DNA of 64,000 nucleotides from Patescibacteria group bacterium (GTDB lineage Bacteria > Patescibacteriota > Patescibacteriia > UBA11705 > JABHMO01). The notes below the pieces were generated by a model. That model did no database searches. It was not told the DNA's origin and was given only the letters and a program-made list of their open reading frames with translations. Below, piece after piece: positions 1 to 8,869 of this stretch. A program made the position numbers and the translations under genes. Numbering within the stretch: position 1 is the first letter of the stretch; each line of letters opens with the position of its first letter. Location: positions 35,449 through 99,448 of the forward strand of contig JAHIRY010000038.1 in the NCBI GenBank assembly GCA_018818405.1, written 5' to 3'.

Positions 1-28
1 ATTCATTGACCTTTGCGCGGGAAATTTT

Positions 29-916
29 CTATTTCTTTTCCATCAACGCTTTCACCCAGTCCGGCGGATTTCCGTCGTAGACCTGTCTGAGAGCATCGCC
101 CACCGTCATATCGCCGAGCTCGGCGCGGATTTCTTCCGGCGTCAGCTCGGCAGAGGACAAATCGAGCGAATTTCCCTTTTCCGCGAGATAGTCCGCCAGG
201 TTCTGACCTTCTTCGGTCGAGAGCAAGGCTCGCGCCTCGTCTCTCGACAAAACCAAAACGCCGTCCGGCGACAGTCGCTCTCGCAAAAATGATTTGAAAA
301 TGTCAGCCGCTTCATTGCGCGCCAACTCTTCCTCCTCGGACATTTCTTCATCTTCCTCATCCGAAATAATTTCCGTGAACCACCAGTGATCCGGCGAAGC
401 TGGATCAGGCAGATCTGCCGCAAGGCCGGAGCGCTTCGGTCCGAGAACCGCACAACGCTGCAGAAGTTCTCGCAGTTCAGCATCGCAGGTGAATTTCATT
501 GAAATCTTTTCGCCGAACATCTCCCCCATCGCCAACCGAAATCTCTGCAGACGTTCACGAGCAATCAGCGCCTGCAGGATCTTCTCCTGAAGACGCTCCG
601 CTTGTCGCGGATTCCCGCTCAAAAGCGGAACATCATAGAAATCAGGCGGCGCATCTTTGGCCGATGCCAGAATCATCAAAATATTTTCCTCTTCAACCCG
701 ACAGGATTCCAAGAGGAGACAGGCAATTATCTGACGATCAGACTCTGTCAACTTCGCCATCATTGGCACCGCTTCATCCGGCTGCCACTCAGCCGCATAG
801 CCGAGCGCCAACAAAGCGTCTGACAGGTTGCATGCAAAAATCGCTTTCTCATAAATATCATCAGCACCATTCCAAGAATGAAAAAGATCACAGATCGTCT
901 GTCTCGGACTTTCCAT
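29..916 (-). CDS. hypothetical protein with an acidic EED-rich segment; GC-rich relative to the core. The ORF runs to 943, but an AGGAGG SD sits 5 nt before the internal ATG at 916.
   Basis: 295-304 aa ORF; SD AGGAGG upstream of MESPRQ start; no recognisable domain. Confidence 0.55.
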   Translation of the reverse strand: MESPRQTICDLFHSWNGADDIYEKAIFACNLSDALLALGYAAEWQPDEAVPMMAKLTESDRQIIACLLLESCRVEEENILMILASAKDAPPDFYDVPLLSGNPRQAERLQEKILQALIARERLQRFRLAMGEMFGEKISMKFTCDAELRELLQRCAVLGPKRSGLAADLPDPASPDHWWFTEIISDEEDEEMSEEEELARNEAADIFKSFLRERLSPDGVLVLSRDEARALLSTEEGQNLADYLAEKGNSLDLSSAELTPEEIRAELGDMTVGDALRQVYDGNPPDWVKALMEKK

Positions 917-1031
917 GGGAACCTCCTGTACGCCTGAGAACATATTACAATATCACTAAAAATTATTTTTGTCAATCCATTATCTAAAATTACTTAAAAA
1001 TTACATTTTTAATAAACTGTAAATTCTAACC

Positions 1032-1060
1032 TTGCCAATATTATAAAATTGCGTTAAACT
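1032..1060 (+). promoter_or_regulatory. putative sigma70-like promoter TTGCCA-17-TAAACT for the 1107 gene
   Basis: hexamers seen in sequence; same TAAACT -10 recurs at the rpmA and HAD promoters. Confidence 0.35.
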
Positions 1061-1106
1061 TTCGCTGAGTGTGAATTTCCCACAACAGCGGGCAAGGAGG
1101 TAAACA

Positions 1107-2090
1107 ATGGAAGTCGAACTGTTTCTCGATCAAATTACCAGAGGAATTGAAAGCTACCATGGCGCGAGTCTGCGCCAACTTGATCTTTCAATGCACAAAG
1201 CATTCGATGGCGGTGACGCAGTGCCGGACGAATTGTATGTGGTTGATTTTCCCGGTCTCGGATTGGGACAAGATCTCCTGCTCAACCGCCAACTGTGCGG
1301 CCTGCCTAAACTTCTGAGAATTCAAAAAACAGCGCACACCATGATGAGAACATTCGCGCTGTTTCATCCGGAATTTTTCACCGGTTCGAATCTCTCAGTC
1401 GCACAATTCGTCATTCACTGGGGCGGTCGGCCGATGGATCTGACAATCGCCAACCCGCCGCTGTTCCCGCAGATGATCGATACCTGTCTGCTCAAAATCA
1501 GACGATTTCCACAAGGAGATGATTGGAGAGGAGAACTGCAAGACAAAATCGGCGATTGGTATCAAGACGATCTTTATATCGCGGCTGAAGAATGCTCCGC
1601 ATCCGGCGCGTCATTCGAGTGCTTCGCTGAACTGGCATTTCAGAATCATGTGCCGAAAACGCTGATCGTCTTCCCTGTCTGCTGCAGTCTGGAAGGAATT
1701 CAGCGGCTGCACAAAGTTTGCCTCAAATACAATGTGCGGCTAATCGCTCTGCTCAATTCCGCACTCATCCAAGTAAACCCGATCGGAACAACGCTGCACA
1801 AGACCGATCTCGGTCTTCTGCCGAAAACAGTTGTCACTCGCGAATTTTACGATTTGCTTGATAAGCGATACCAAGGAACTCCGATCTGCTGGGTGGGAGA
1901 CATGGGCGAGAGCATTCACAAAATGCCAAAGCATATTCGAGACATGCTCGCCGATATGCGCAAACTGCAATTTGATCCAAAAAAAGAAAACTGGAAACTC
2001 TGGCCAACCTTCATCAGGGAAGCGCAATTCCAAACAGAACTCCTGCAAAAAGATCCGGAAACATATCGATACTTTCAGGAAATTTTCTAA
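1107..2090 (+). CDS. hypothetical protein (327 aa), GC-rich, divergent from the 29..916 gene
   Basis: strong SD AAGGAGG 7 nt upstream; long ORF; no recognisable domain. Confidence 0.6.
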   Translation: MEVELFLDQITRGIESYHGASLRQLDLSMHKAFDGGDAVPDELYVVDFPGLGLGQDLLLNRQLCGLPKLLRIQKTAHTMMRTFALFHPEFFTGSNLSVAQFVIHWGGRPMDLTIANPPLFPQMIDTCLLKIRRFPQGDDWRGELQDKIGDWYQDDLYIAAEECSASGASFECFAELAFQNHVPKTLIVFPVCCSLEGIQRLHKVCLKYNVRLIALLNSALIQVNPIGTTLHKTDLGLLPKTVVTREFYDLLDKRYQGTPICWVGDMGESIHKMPKHIRDMLADMRKLQFDPKKENWKLWPTFIREAQFQTELLQKDPETYRYFQEIF

Positions 2091-2096
2091 AAAAAA

Positions 2097-2133
2097 ACGG
2101 CGAACCGGAAACCGGTTCGCCGCATTTTTTTAC
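2097..2133. terminator. bidirectional intrinsic terminator between convergent genes
   Basis: A-run, hairpin CGGCGAACCGG-AAA-CCGGTTCGCCG, T-run overlapping the miaA stop. Confidence 0.7.
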
Positions 2134-3047
2134 TTCAAAAATTCCAAAGCTATTTCCTCCGCTTGTTCTTCATTTTTCACCCAATGAATCCGCTCGTCGC
2201 GCCGAAACCAAGTCATCTGGCGCTTCGCGTATCTTCGCGTGTCGCGTTTGATCAGTTCAATCGCTTGTTCCAAAGAATATTTTCCGTTCAAATAATCGCA
2301 AACTTGCCAATAACCGATTCCGGTCATGCTCGGCAAATCGCAGGAATATCCGCCAGCCATTAATTTTTTCACTTCTTCGATCAAACCCGATTCAATCATC
2401 CGGTCAACGCGCTGATTTATTTTCTCATAAAGTTTTTCCCGCGGCGCGCCAACGCCGATTTGCAAAAATTCAAATTCAGAATCAATTTCTTTTTTCATTC
2501 GTTCAAACGGTTTTCCCGTGGCAAAACAAATCTCAGCCGCGCGCGCAACGCGCCGGGGATTTTTTGCGTCAATTTTATTTTCAATTTTCGGATCGATTTT
2601 TTTTATCTCTTCCAAGACGGCCGCAATCCCCTTTTCCTCAATCATTTTCTCAAATTTAATTCTCAATTTCTCATCAAAGCCGCCTCGCAAATCATAATTA
2701 TCTATCAACGCGGAAACATACAATCCGGTTCCGCCGACAATTATCGGCAATTTCATCTGACCGACTTCGCTTATTTGTTTTCGCGCCGATCCGAGCCAAT
2801 CATCCAATGTAGAATTTTCATCCGGCGCAACAACATTCACCAAAAATTCTTCTATTCCGTCAAAAAAATATTTTCCGTTTTTCTCGGTCAGCGGATCTTT
2901 GTTTGTTCCGATATCCATTTCTCGATAAACCTGCCGCGAATCAGCGGAAATCAAAAAACCGTTGAACTTTTTTGCCAGTTCAAGCGCGACTTTTGATTTT
3001 CCAGAGGCTGTCGGCCCGAGTACGACAATGATTTTTATTTTTTTCAT
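2130..3047 (-). CDS. miaA: tRNA dimethylallyltransferase; the ORF extends to 3080, likely start is MKKIKII at 3047
   Basis: P-loop GPTASGKS, DSRQVYREMDIGT and overall MiaA-length match. Confidence 0.85.
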   Translation of the reverse strand: MKKIKIIVVLGPTASGKSKVALELAKKFNGFLISADSRQVYREMDIGTNKDPLTEKNGKYFFDGIEEFLVNVVAPDENSTLDDWLGSARKQISEVGQMKLPIIVGGTGLYVSALIDNYDLRGGFDEKLRIKFEKMIEEKGIAAVLEEIKKIDPKIENKIDAKNPRRVARAAEICFATGKPFERMKKEIDSEFEFLQIGVGAPREKLYEKINQRVDRMIESGLIEEVKKLMAGGYSCDLPSMTGIGYWQVCDYLNGKYSLEQAIELIKRDTRRYAKRQMTWFRRDERIHWVKNEEQAEEIALEFLK

Positions 3048-3258
3048 AATACTTGACCGAAAACACTTCAATCTGCTCATAACGCTAAATTAGCGCTTTA
3101 TTATATCAAAGCAGACAACAAAACATGGAACAATCCAATGTCGAATAAGTATATCTCATTTCTAATATTTTTGGAAGCGATTTGAACAAATATTATTATT
3201 CATAAAATTTTCGTGCTATAATTAACTCGTAAAAATTAATGAATAAACTTGTAAATTT

Positions 3259-3663
3259 ATGATGGGATTCAACGCAAACATTGAAAAAGAAACATTGGAA
3301 AATGAAAATTTCCGCAAAGTTTTGTACACAGCGAAACACAGCCAATTGGTGCTGATGAATTTAAAACCGAATGAAGAAATCGGAATGGAAATCCATGCGG
3401 ACAACGATCAATTCTTCCGTTTTGAAAAAGGCCAAGGGAAATGCGTAATCAACGGCAATGAATATGAAGTCAGCGACGGAAGCGCTGTCATTATTCCCGC
3501 CGGAGCGGAACACAACATAATTAACGCTTCAGATACGGAAGATTTAAAACTCTATACGATTTATTCACCGGCTCATCACAAAGACGGAGTTGTCAGATCC
3601 ACGAAAGAAGAAGCTGAAGCCGAAGGGAATGAAGAAGAATTTGACGGCGTGACAACGGAATAA
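3259..3663 (+). CDS. cupin-fold small protein
   Basis: EIHADNDQ...GAEHNI cupin His motifs, 134 aa. Confidence 0.65.
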   Translation: MMGFNANIEKETLENENFRKVLYTAKHSQLVLMNLKPNEEIGMEIHADNDQFFRFEKGQGKCVINGNEYEVSDGSAVIIPAGAEHNIINASDTEDLKLYTIYSPAHHKDGVVRSTKEEAEAEGNEEEFDGVTTE

Positions 3664-3806
3664 TTTTTAAACTTTTCTTCACCCCAAAAATTGCTTATAA
3701 AATAAAATTTATTAGCTATCACCGTTAACATCTAACAATGCCCCAAAATGAATAAACAAAAAAAGAGGCTCAAAATTGCTGGGAATATTGGGATTGCGAT
3801 ATTGAA

Positions 3807-4040
3807 GTGCGAAAAAAATGCGCCGCCTACACAACTGATTCGGGACGGGAATGCTGGATGCTCGCCGGATCATTTAATAAAGCGCCAAATTGTCCGAAAC
3901 TAAAACAGCATTTCAAAGATTGCTGGGAATGTCCATGGTTTTTGAAAATGAACCCGTCATTCAAAGATGAACCAGCTTCGTCGAGGGAAGAACTGTTCAG
4001 CAGTCTCTGGCGATCGGGAGAAACGCTGGGATCTTATTGA
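3807..4040 (+). CDS. small Cys-rich hypothetical protein (77 aa)
   Basis: ORF in a 430-nt gap; 5 Cys including CWEC; no SD; weak support. Confidence 0.3.
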   Translation: MRKKCAAYTTDSGRECWMLAGSFNKAPNCPKLKQHFKDCWECPWFLKMNPSFKDEPASSREELFSSLWRSGETLGSY

Positions 4041-4097
4041 AAAATAAATCCACATTTCAAAATGTCCGAACCGATTTTTTATAATTTTAAATAATCA

Positions 4098-4817
4098 ATG
4101 TCCATCCTTTACATCACATTGCTCACAATAGGCGCGGCCGCGATCGGAACAATAACCGGATTCGGAACTTCGACAATCATGCTTCCGATCCTGCTTTTGT
4201 TCTTTCCTTTGCATGAAACGCTTCTGCTCGTCGGAATCATCCACGGATTCGGCAATATCTGGAAAATATATTTTTTCAAAAAAGGCCTGCGCTGGAAATT
4301 GATTTTGTTATTCGGAATTCCCGGAATTTTCGCCTCTTACTTGGGCGCGCGAATCGTATTTTCTTTTCCGGAAAAAACACTGTCGCAAATTCTCGGCGGA
4401 TTTTTGGTCGCTTATGTAATTTTTTTATTTTTCAATCCGAAATTCAAAGCGCCGAAAAACAGTATTACCGCAATGGCCGGAGGAACTCTCTCCGGATTGT
4501 TCTCCGGAATTTTCGGAATGGGCGGCGCGGTCAGAAGCGCATTTCTCAGCGCATTTGATCTGCGGAAATCAATCTTCATCGCCACTGCCGGCGCGATCGG
4601 CCTGTTCATCGACACCACGAGAATCGCAACTTATCTGACAAACGGCGCGCGATTGGAAACAAATCTGCTGATCGGACTTTTTATTTTCATTCCCGCTTCT
4701 TTCCTCGGAGCGTTTGTCGCGAAAAAAATCGTATCGCGAATTCCTCAAAATAAATTTCGCATAATTATCACTGCATTTATATTTATCATCGGAATAAAAT
4801 TATTGGTATTCCCATAA
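4098..4817 (+). CDS. TauE/SafE (DUF81) family membrane exporter
   Basis: multi-TM, glycine-rich GFGTSTIM / GMGGAV motifs typical of the family. Confidence 0.75.
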   Translation: MSILYITLLTIGAAAIGTITGFGTSTIMLPILLLFFPLHETLLLVGIIHGFGNIWKIYFFKKGLRWKLILLFGIPGIFASYLGARIVFSFPEKTLSQILGGFLVAYVIFLFFNPKFKAPKNSITAMAGGTLSGLFSGIFGMGGAVRSAFLSAFDLRKSIFIATAGAIGLFIDTTRIATYLTNGARLETNLLIGLFIFIPASFLGAFVAKKIVSRIPQNKFRIIITAFIFIIGIKLLVFP

Positions 4818-4833
4818 AAAATAACGGCAACTT

Positions 4834-5307
4834 ATGAAACCATCAATAAAAAAAGGCTTCAGCTTCGGACTCACTTCCGGCATTATTACCACGCTCGGCT
4901 TGATTGTGGGATTGAATTACAGCACGCATTCGCAAATCGTCGTAATCAGCGGAATTATCGTCATTGCCATCGCTGACGCGCTTTCCGACGCATCCGGCAT
5001 TCATCTCTCCGAAGAATCGGAAAATAAACATTCGACAAAAGAAATCTGGGAATCAACCGTCTCAACATTTTTGTCAAAATTTTTTTTCGCCATAACCTTT
5101 GTAATTCCCTTTTTGCTTTTTTCCCTTTCAACGGCAATGATTATCAGCGTATTCTGGGGATTATTATTAATTTCCATTTTCAGCTTTTATATCGCAAAAC
5201 AAACAAAATCAAGATCATACAAAGTAATCGCCGAACATTTACTTATCGCCATAACGGTTGTCATCGTCACAAAGTTTGTCGGCGCGTGGACGGCAACCCT
5301 TCGTTAA
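4834..5307 (+). CDS. small integral membrane protein, possibly VIT1/CCC1-like
   Basis: GLTSGIITTLGLIVGL resembles the VIT-family N-terminal helix; 3-4 TM. Confidence 0.5.
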   Translation: MKPSIKKGFSFGLTSGIITTLGLIVGLNYSTHSQIVVISGIIVIAIADALSDASGIHLSEESENKHSTKEIWESTVSTFLSKFFFAITFVIPFLLFSLSTAMIISVFWGLLLISIFSFYIAKQTKSRSYKVIAEHLLIAITVVIVTKFVGAWTATLR

Positions 5308-5323
5308 TAAATTATTCTTTCTT

Positions 5324-5761
5324 ATGAATATAAAAAAAATACTGGCGCCAAATTTTTTCTCTCTTCTCGGAATTTTTGCGATTATTGCCGCTTATCTCGC
5401 GATTCCTTTTTCAATGGAACTGAAACAAAAACTTTTTCCCGCCATTGCCGTACTGGCGATTTTATTTTTTCTCCTCGGAATAGCATTGCTTGTCATGACG
5501 ATAAAATCAAAAACAAAAGGCAAACTCAAATTATTTCTTATTTTCACCGGAGCATCGGCAATCGCTTTTCCCGTCAGCGTCATTCTGCACAATGTCATTT
5601 ACGGATTGTTCATTCATTTCTTCGGAGAAAATTTCTGGGGAAACGGCGGAGACGAACCTGTTTTTTTCATTTTGGCGACAATGGTTTGTCCGATAATTTT
5701 TCTCATCGGAGCGATCGGAAGTTCGATTATTTTTTTCAAACAAAATAAAAAATTTTCATAA
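5324..5761 (+). CDS. hypothetical membrane protein; ORF from 5258, likely start is MNIKKIL at 5324
   Basis: hydrophobic ORF; upstream extension overlaps the previous gene. Confidence 0.5.
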   Translation: MNIKKILAPNFFSLLGIFAIIAAYLAIPFSMELKQKLFPAIAVLAILFFLLGIALLVMTIKSKTKGKLKLFLIFTGASAIAFPVSVILHNVIYGLFIHFFGENFWGNGGDEPVFFILATMVCPIIFLIGAIGSSIIFFKQNKKFS

Positions 5762-5807
5762 CACCGCCGTCCCGCTTATCAAATTTTAGAAATAGTTGCA
5801 AACAGCC

Positions 5808-5850
5808 AAAATAAAAAACTCGGACAAATAATTTCCGAGTCTTTTTGTTT
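5808..5850. terminator. bidirectional intrinsic terminator
   Basis: A-run, ACTCGGA-loop-TCCGAGT hairpin, CTTTTTGTTT. Confidence 0.65.
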
Positions 5851-5856
5851 AAAAAA

Positions 5857-7128
5857 TCAAACGATTAAAATCCAAGTCAACGCTTCTTTTATTTTAACAT
5901 TAACAATATCTCCCTTTTTGCAATTTGAATTGTAAATTCTCACGCGCTTCATTTCCCTTGAATTCCCTTCGGCAAAATCTTTTTCCGCTTTATCAATCAA
6001 CACTGAAACTTCTGTTCCCAAATATTTTTGATTCTTTTTCAGCGTGATTTTTTCCATCAGATCTTGCAACTCATGCCAGCGCCGCTTTTTTTCGTCGCGG
6101 GAAACATCGTCTTTCAACTTTGCCGCCACCGTTCCTCTTCTCGGCGAATACATGGCGAGAAAAGCGATATCGAATTTTATTTTCTCATAAAATTTCAAAG
6201 TGTTTTCAAATTGCTCGCGCGTTTCTCCGGGAAATCCGACAATAATGTCAGTGCCGATGGCAATATTCGGTTTGATTTTTCCTAGTTTCAAAATTATATT
6301 CTCATAATCTTCAACCGTGTACTTTCTGTTCATTGCATTCAAAATTTCATTGTCCCCTGATTGCAAAGCCAAATGCAAATAATTCGCCATTTTCGGCAAA
6401 GCCATCGCTGCTATCACTTCATCATTCATGTCCTTCGGATGAGCGGCAACAAATAAAATTCTTTCGATGCCGACTGTTTGATTCACTTCCCAGAGAAGCT
6501 TGGCAAAAGCATGATTGAAAGGATTTTGCTCGGAAAAACTTTCCGCGTCCTCAGGCGAAAAAGAATTTACATTTTGGCCGAGCAATGTTATTTCCTTGCA
6601 TCCGTTCTTTGCCGATTCATTTATTTCCGCCAAAATTTCTTTTATCTTTCTGCTGGATTCCCCGCCTCGAACATAAGGCACCGCGCAATAACTGCAATAA
6701 TTGTCGCAACCTGACATGATCGGAACATTTGATTGAAAATAATTATCATACTTCGGCAAAATATCAAAATAATTTTTACTAATATACAAATTTCTTCCGC
6801 TCAAAAACATTTCCAGTTCATTCAAATTTTTAATATTGAATACAAAATCAAAATTTTTTGACAAACGTTTTCTATCCTCCGGAAGCACGCAGCCGGTGAG
6901 AATGGTTGTCATCTTTTTTTCGTTTCTTTCATTTTCAAACTTTTTCAAAAATCCCCAAATGCGATTGATCGCGGTCTGGCGAACCGAACAAGCGTTGACA
7001 GCAACAATGTCCGCCCGTTCCGCGCTATCAGCCAAACGATAACCCAACCGTTCGAAAACAGCGGCCGCTCGCTCCGAGTCTGACCTGTTCATCTGACAGC
7101 CAAAGGTAATAATATGATATGTTTGCAT
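5857..7128 (-). CDS. miaB: tRNA-i6A37 methylthiotransferase (radical SAM, TRAM domain)
   Basis: TFGCQMN N-terminal MTTase motif, CSYCAVP radical-SAM CxxxCxxC, C-terminal TRAM. Confidence 0.9.
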   Translation of the reverse strand: MQTYHIITFGCQMNRSDSERAAAVFERLGYRLADSAERADIVAVNACSVRQTAINRIWGFLKKFENERNEKKMTTILTGCVLPEDRKRLSKNFDFVFNIKNLNELEMFLSGRNLYISKNYFDILPKYDNYFQSNVPIMSGCDNYCSYCAVPYVRGGESSRKIKEILAEINESAKNGCKEITLLGQNVNSFSPEDAESFSEQNPFNHAFAKLLWEVNQTVGIERILFVAAHPKDMNDEVIAAMALPKMANYLHLALQSGDNEILNAMNRKYTVEDYENIILKLGKIKPNIAIGTDIIVGFPGETREQFENTLKFYEKIKFDIAFLAMYSPRRGTVAAKLKDDVSRDEKKRRWHELQDLMEKITLKKNQKYLGTEVSVLIDKAEKDFAEGNSREMKRVRIYNSNCKKGDIVNVKIKEALTWILIV

Positions 7129-7281
7129 AAAAATTTGACAAAATAAAACATTTATTTCATTGTTTTATCTAATTTTATTTAATTAAATATATCAAATGAA
7201 AAAATAAAATTCAAGCGCCAAGCTCTTCAAAAATCATAAAAAAAATGTTATGATAGGGACATTACTTTCACATGACTTAAT

Positions 7282-7683
7282 ATGATTATCCATTTCTACA
7301 AATTCATCAACAATATTAAATCAAGTCCGGCCAGGAAAAACAAATTGCTTTTGATTTCCACCGGCATTGGCCTCGTACTAAACGGATTGATTTGGGCGTT
7401 AATTCTCCTAAAACTCCGACCGGTCGTGAGCCATCTTCCGGCTGACCAGGCATTCATTCCCCTGCATTACAACATTTATTTGGGAGTTGATTCCTATGGC
7501 CGCTGGGAAAAACTTTTTCTTTTGCCCGGAGCCGGAATATTATTTTGGTTTGTTAATTCCCTGTTCGCGGCGATTTTATTCAGCAAAAAAGAAATTCTCA
7601 GTTATTTTTTATCACTAACCTCAACGATTCTTCAAGTATTTCTATTGATCTCAACTATTTTTATAGTTCTAATTAACATCTAA
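7282..7683 (+). CDS. hypothetical membrane protein
   Basis: 133 aa, 3-4 TM helices, immediately upstream of mraY. Confidence 0.5.
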   Translation: MIIHFYKFINNIKSSPARKNKLLLISTGIGLVLNGLIWALILLKLRPVVSHLPADQAFIPLHYNIYLGVDSYGRWEKLFLLPGAGILFWFVNSLFAAILFSKKEILSYFLSLTSTILQVFLLISTIFIVLINI

Positions 7684-7697
7684 ACAATTTTATAATT

Positions 7698-8747
7698 ATG
7701 GAAACTTCCATTGTATTCAAAATCGGAGTACTTAGCATTTTATCTTTTCTCATAGCTTTTTTTTGCACTCCGTTGCTTTCTCATTTTCTCTATAAATTCA
7801 AACTGGGAAAACAAATTCGCGACGCAAAAGAAACTCCGATTTTTTCCAATTTGCACAAAGAGAAAGAAGGCACGCCGACAATGGGAGGAATTCTGATCTG
7901 GGGAGCGACACTGATTATCGCATTAACATTTTATATTTTGCATTTTTTCTTTCCCGGATCTTTTCTCGGAGATTTGAATTTTCTGACGAGAGGCCAGACG
8001 CTTTTGCCGCTCGGAGCGCTCATCATTGCCGCCATTCTCGGACTTGTTGACGATTATCTGGGAGTAAAAAAAATCGGACCCAAAGGAGGCGGACTGGGAA
8101 TGCTTTACCGGCTCGGACTTTACGCAGTCATCGCTCTTGGCGGCGCTCTCTGGTTTTATTTCAAACTTGGCTGGGATGTTTTCCATGTTCCTTTTGTCGG
8201 AAATTTTGAAATCGGATTTTGGTATCTCCCGCTTTTCATATTTATCATTGTGGCCACCGCTTTTTCCGTCAATGAAACAGACGGACTCGACGGATTGGCC
8301 GGAGGAACATTGGCCACCGCTTTTGCGGCTGAAGGCGCGATCGCTTTTGCGCAGGGAAAATTCGAGCTGGCCGCTTTTTGCGGAGTGATCATGGGAGCTC
8401 TGATCGCTTTTCTCTGGTTCAATATCAATCCCGCCAGATTTTTTATGGGAGACACCGGCGCGATGAGCCTCGGAATCGTGCTCGGTATTATTGCAATGCT
8501 CACAAACACCGCATTGCTCTTGCCGATCATCGGATTTATTTTTGTAATAGAATCATTGTCCGTCATTATTCAAATATTATCAAAAAAAATTCGCGGCAAA
8601 AAAGTTTTTCTATCCGCTCCCATTCACCATCATCTGCAAGCCATCGGCTGGTCGGAAACAAAAATAGTAATGCGTTTCTGGCTGATTTCCTCCATTACCG
8701 CGGTCATCGGCGTTGTAATATTTTTATTGGACAAAGGGTGGTATTAA
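7698..8747 (+). CDS. mraY: phospho-N-acetylmuramoyl-pentapeptide transferase
   Basis: GTPTMGG, DDYLGV, NETDGLDGLA signature motifs. Confidence 0.9.
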   Translation: METSIVFKIGVLSILSFLIAFFCTPLLSHFLYKFKLGKQIRDAKETPIFSNLHKEKEGTPTMGGILIWGATLIIALTFYILHFFFPGSFLGDLNFLTRGQTLLPLGALIIAAILGLVDDYLGVKKIGPKGGGLGMLYRLGLYAVIALGGALWFYFKLGWDVFHVPFVGNFEIGFWYLPLFIFIIVATAFSVNETDGLDGLAGGTLATAFAAEGAIAFAQGKFELAAFCGVIMGALIAFLWFNINPARFFMGDTGAMSLGIVLGIIAMLTNTALLLPIIGFIFVIESLSVIIQILSKKIRGKKVFLSAPIHHHLQAIGWSETKIVMRFWLISSITAVIGVVIFLLDKGWY

Positions 8748-8802
8748 ATAAGCGAGATAAGTTTATCCCGCCCGCGGCGGGGCGAGTTAAGTGTATCATT
8801 CA
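8748..8802. repeat. dispersed repeat family R3, copy 1 (AGCGAGATAAG...GTTAAGTTTATCCCGCCC)
   Basis: shares ~45 nt with 42398-42485 and a partial/inverted copy at 11329-11423. Confidence 0.7.
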
Positions 8803-8869
8803 ATATTCTATATTCTGTCACCTCAAACCCCTAAAATGAAAAAGCTTGCGCCAATGTTAAACGAACAGT

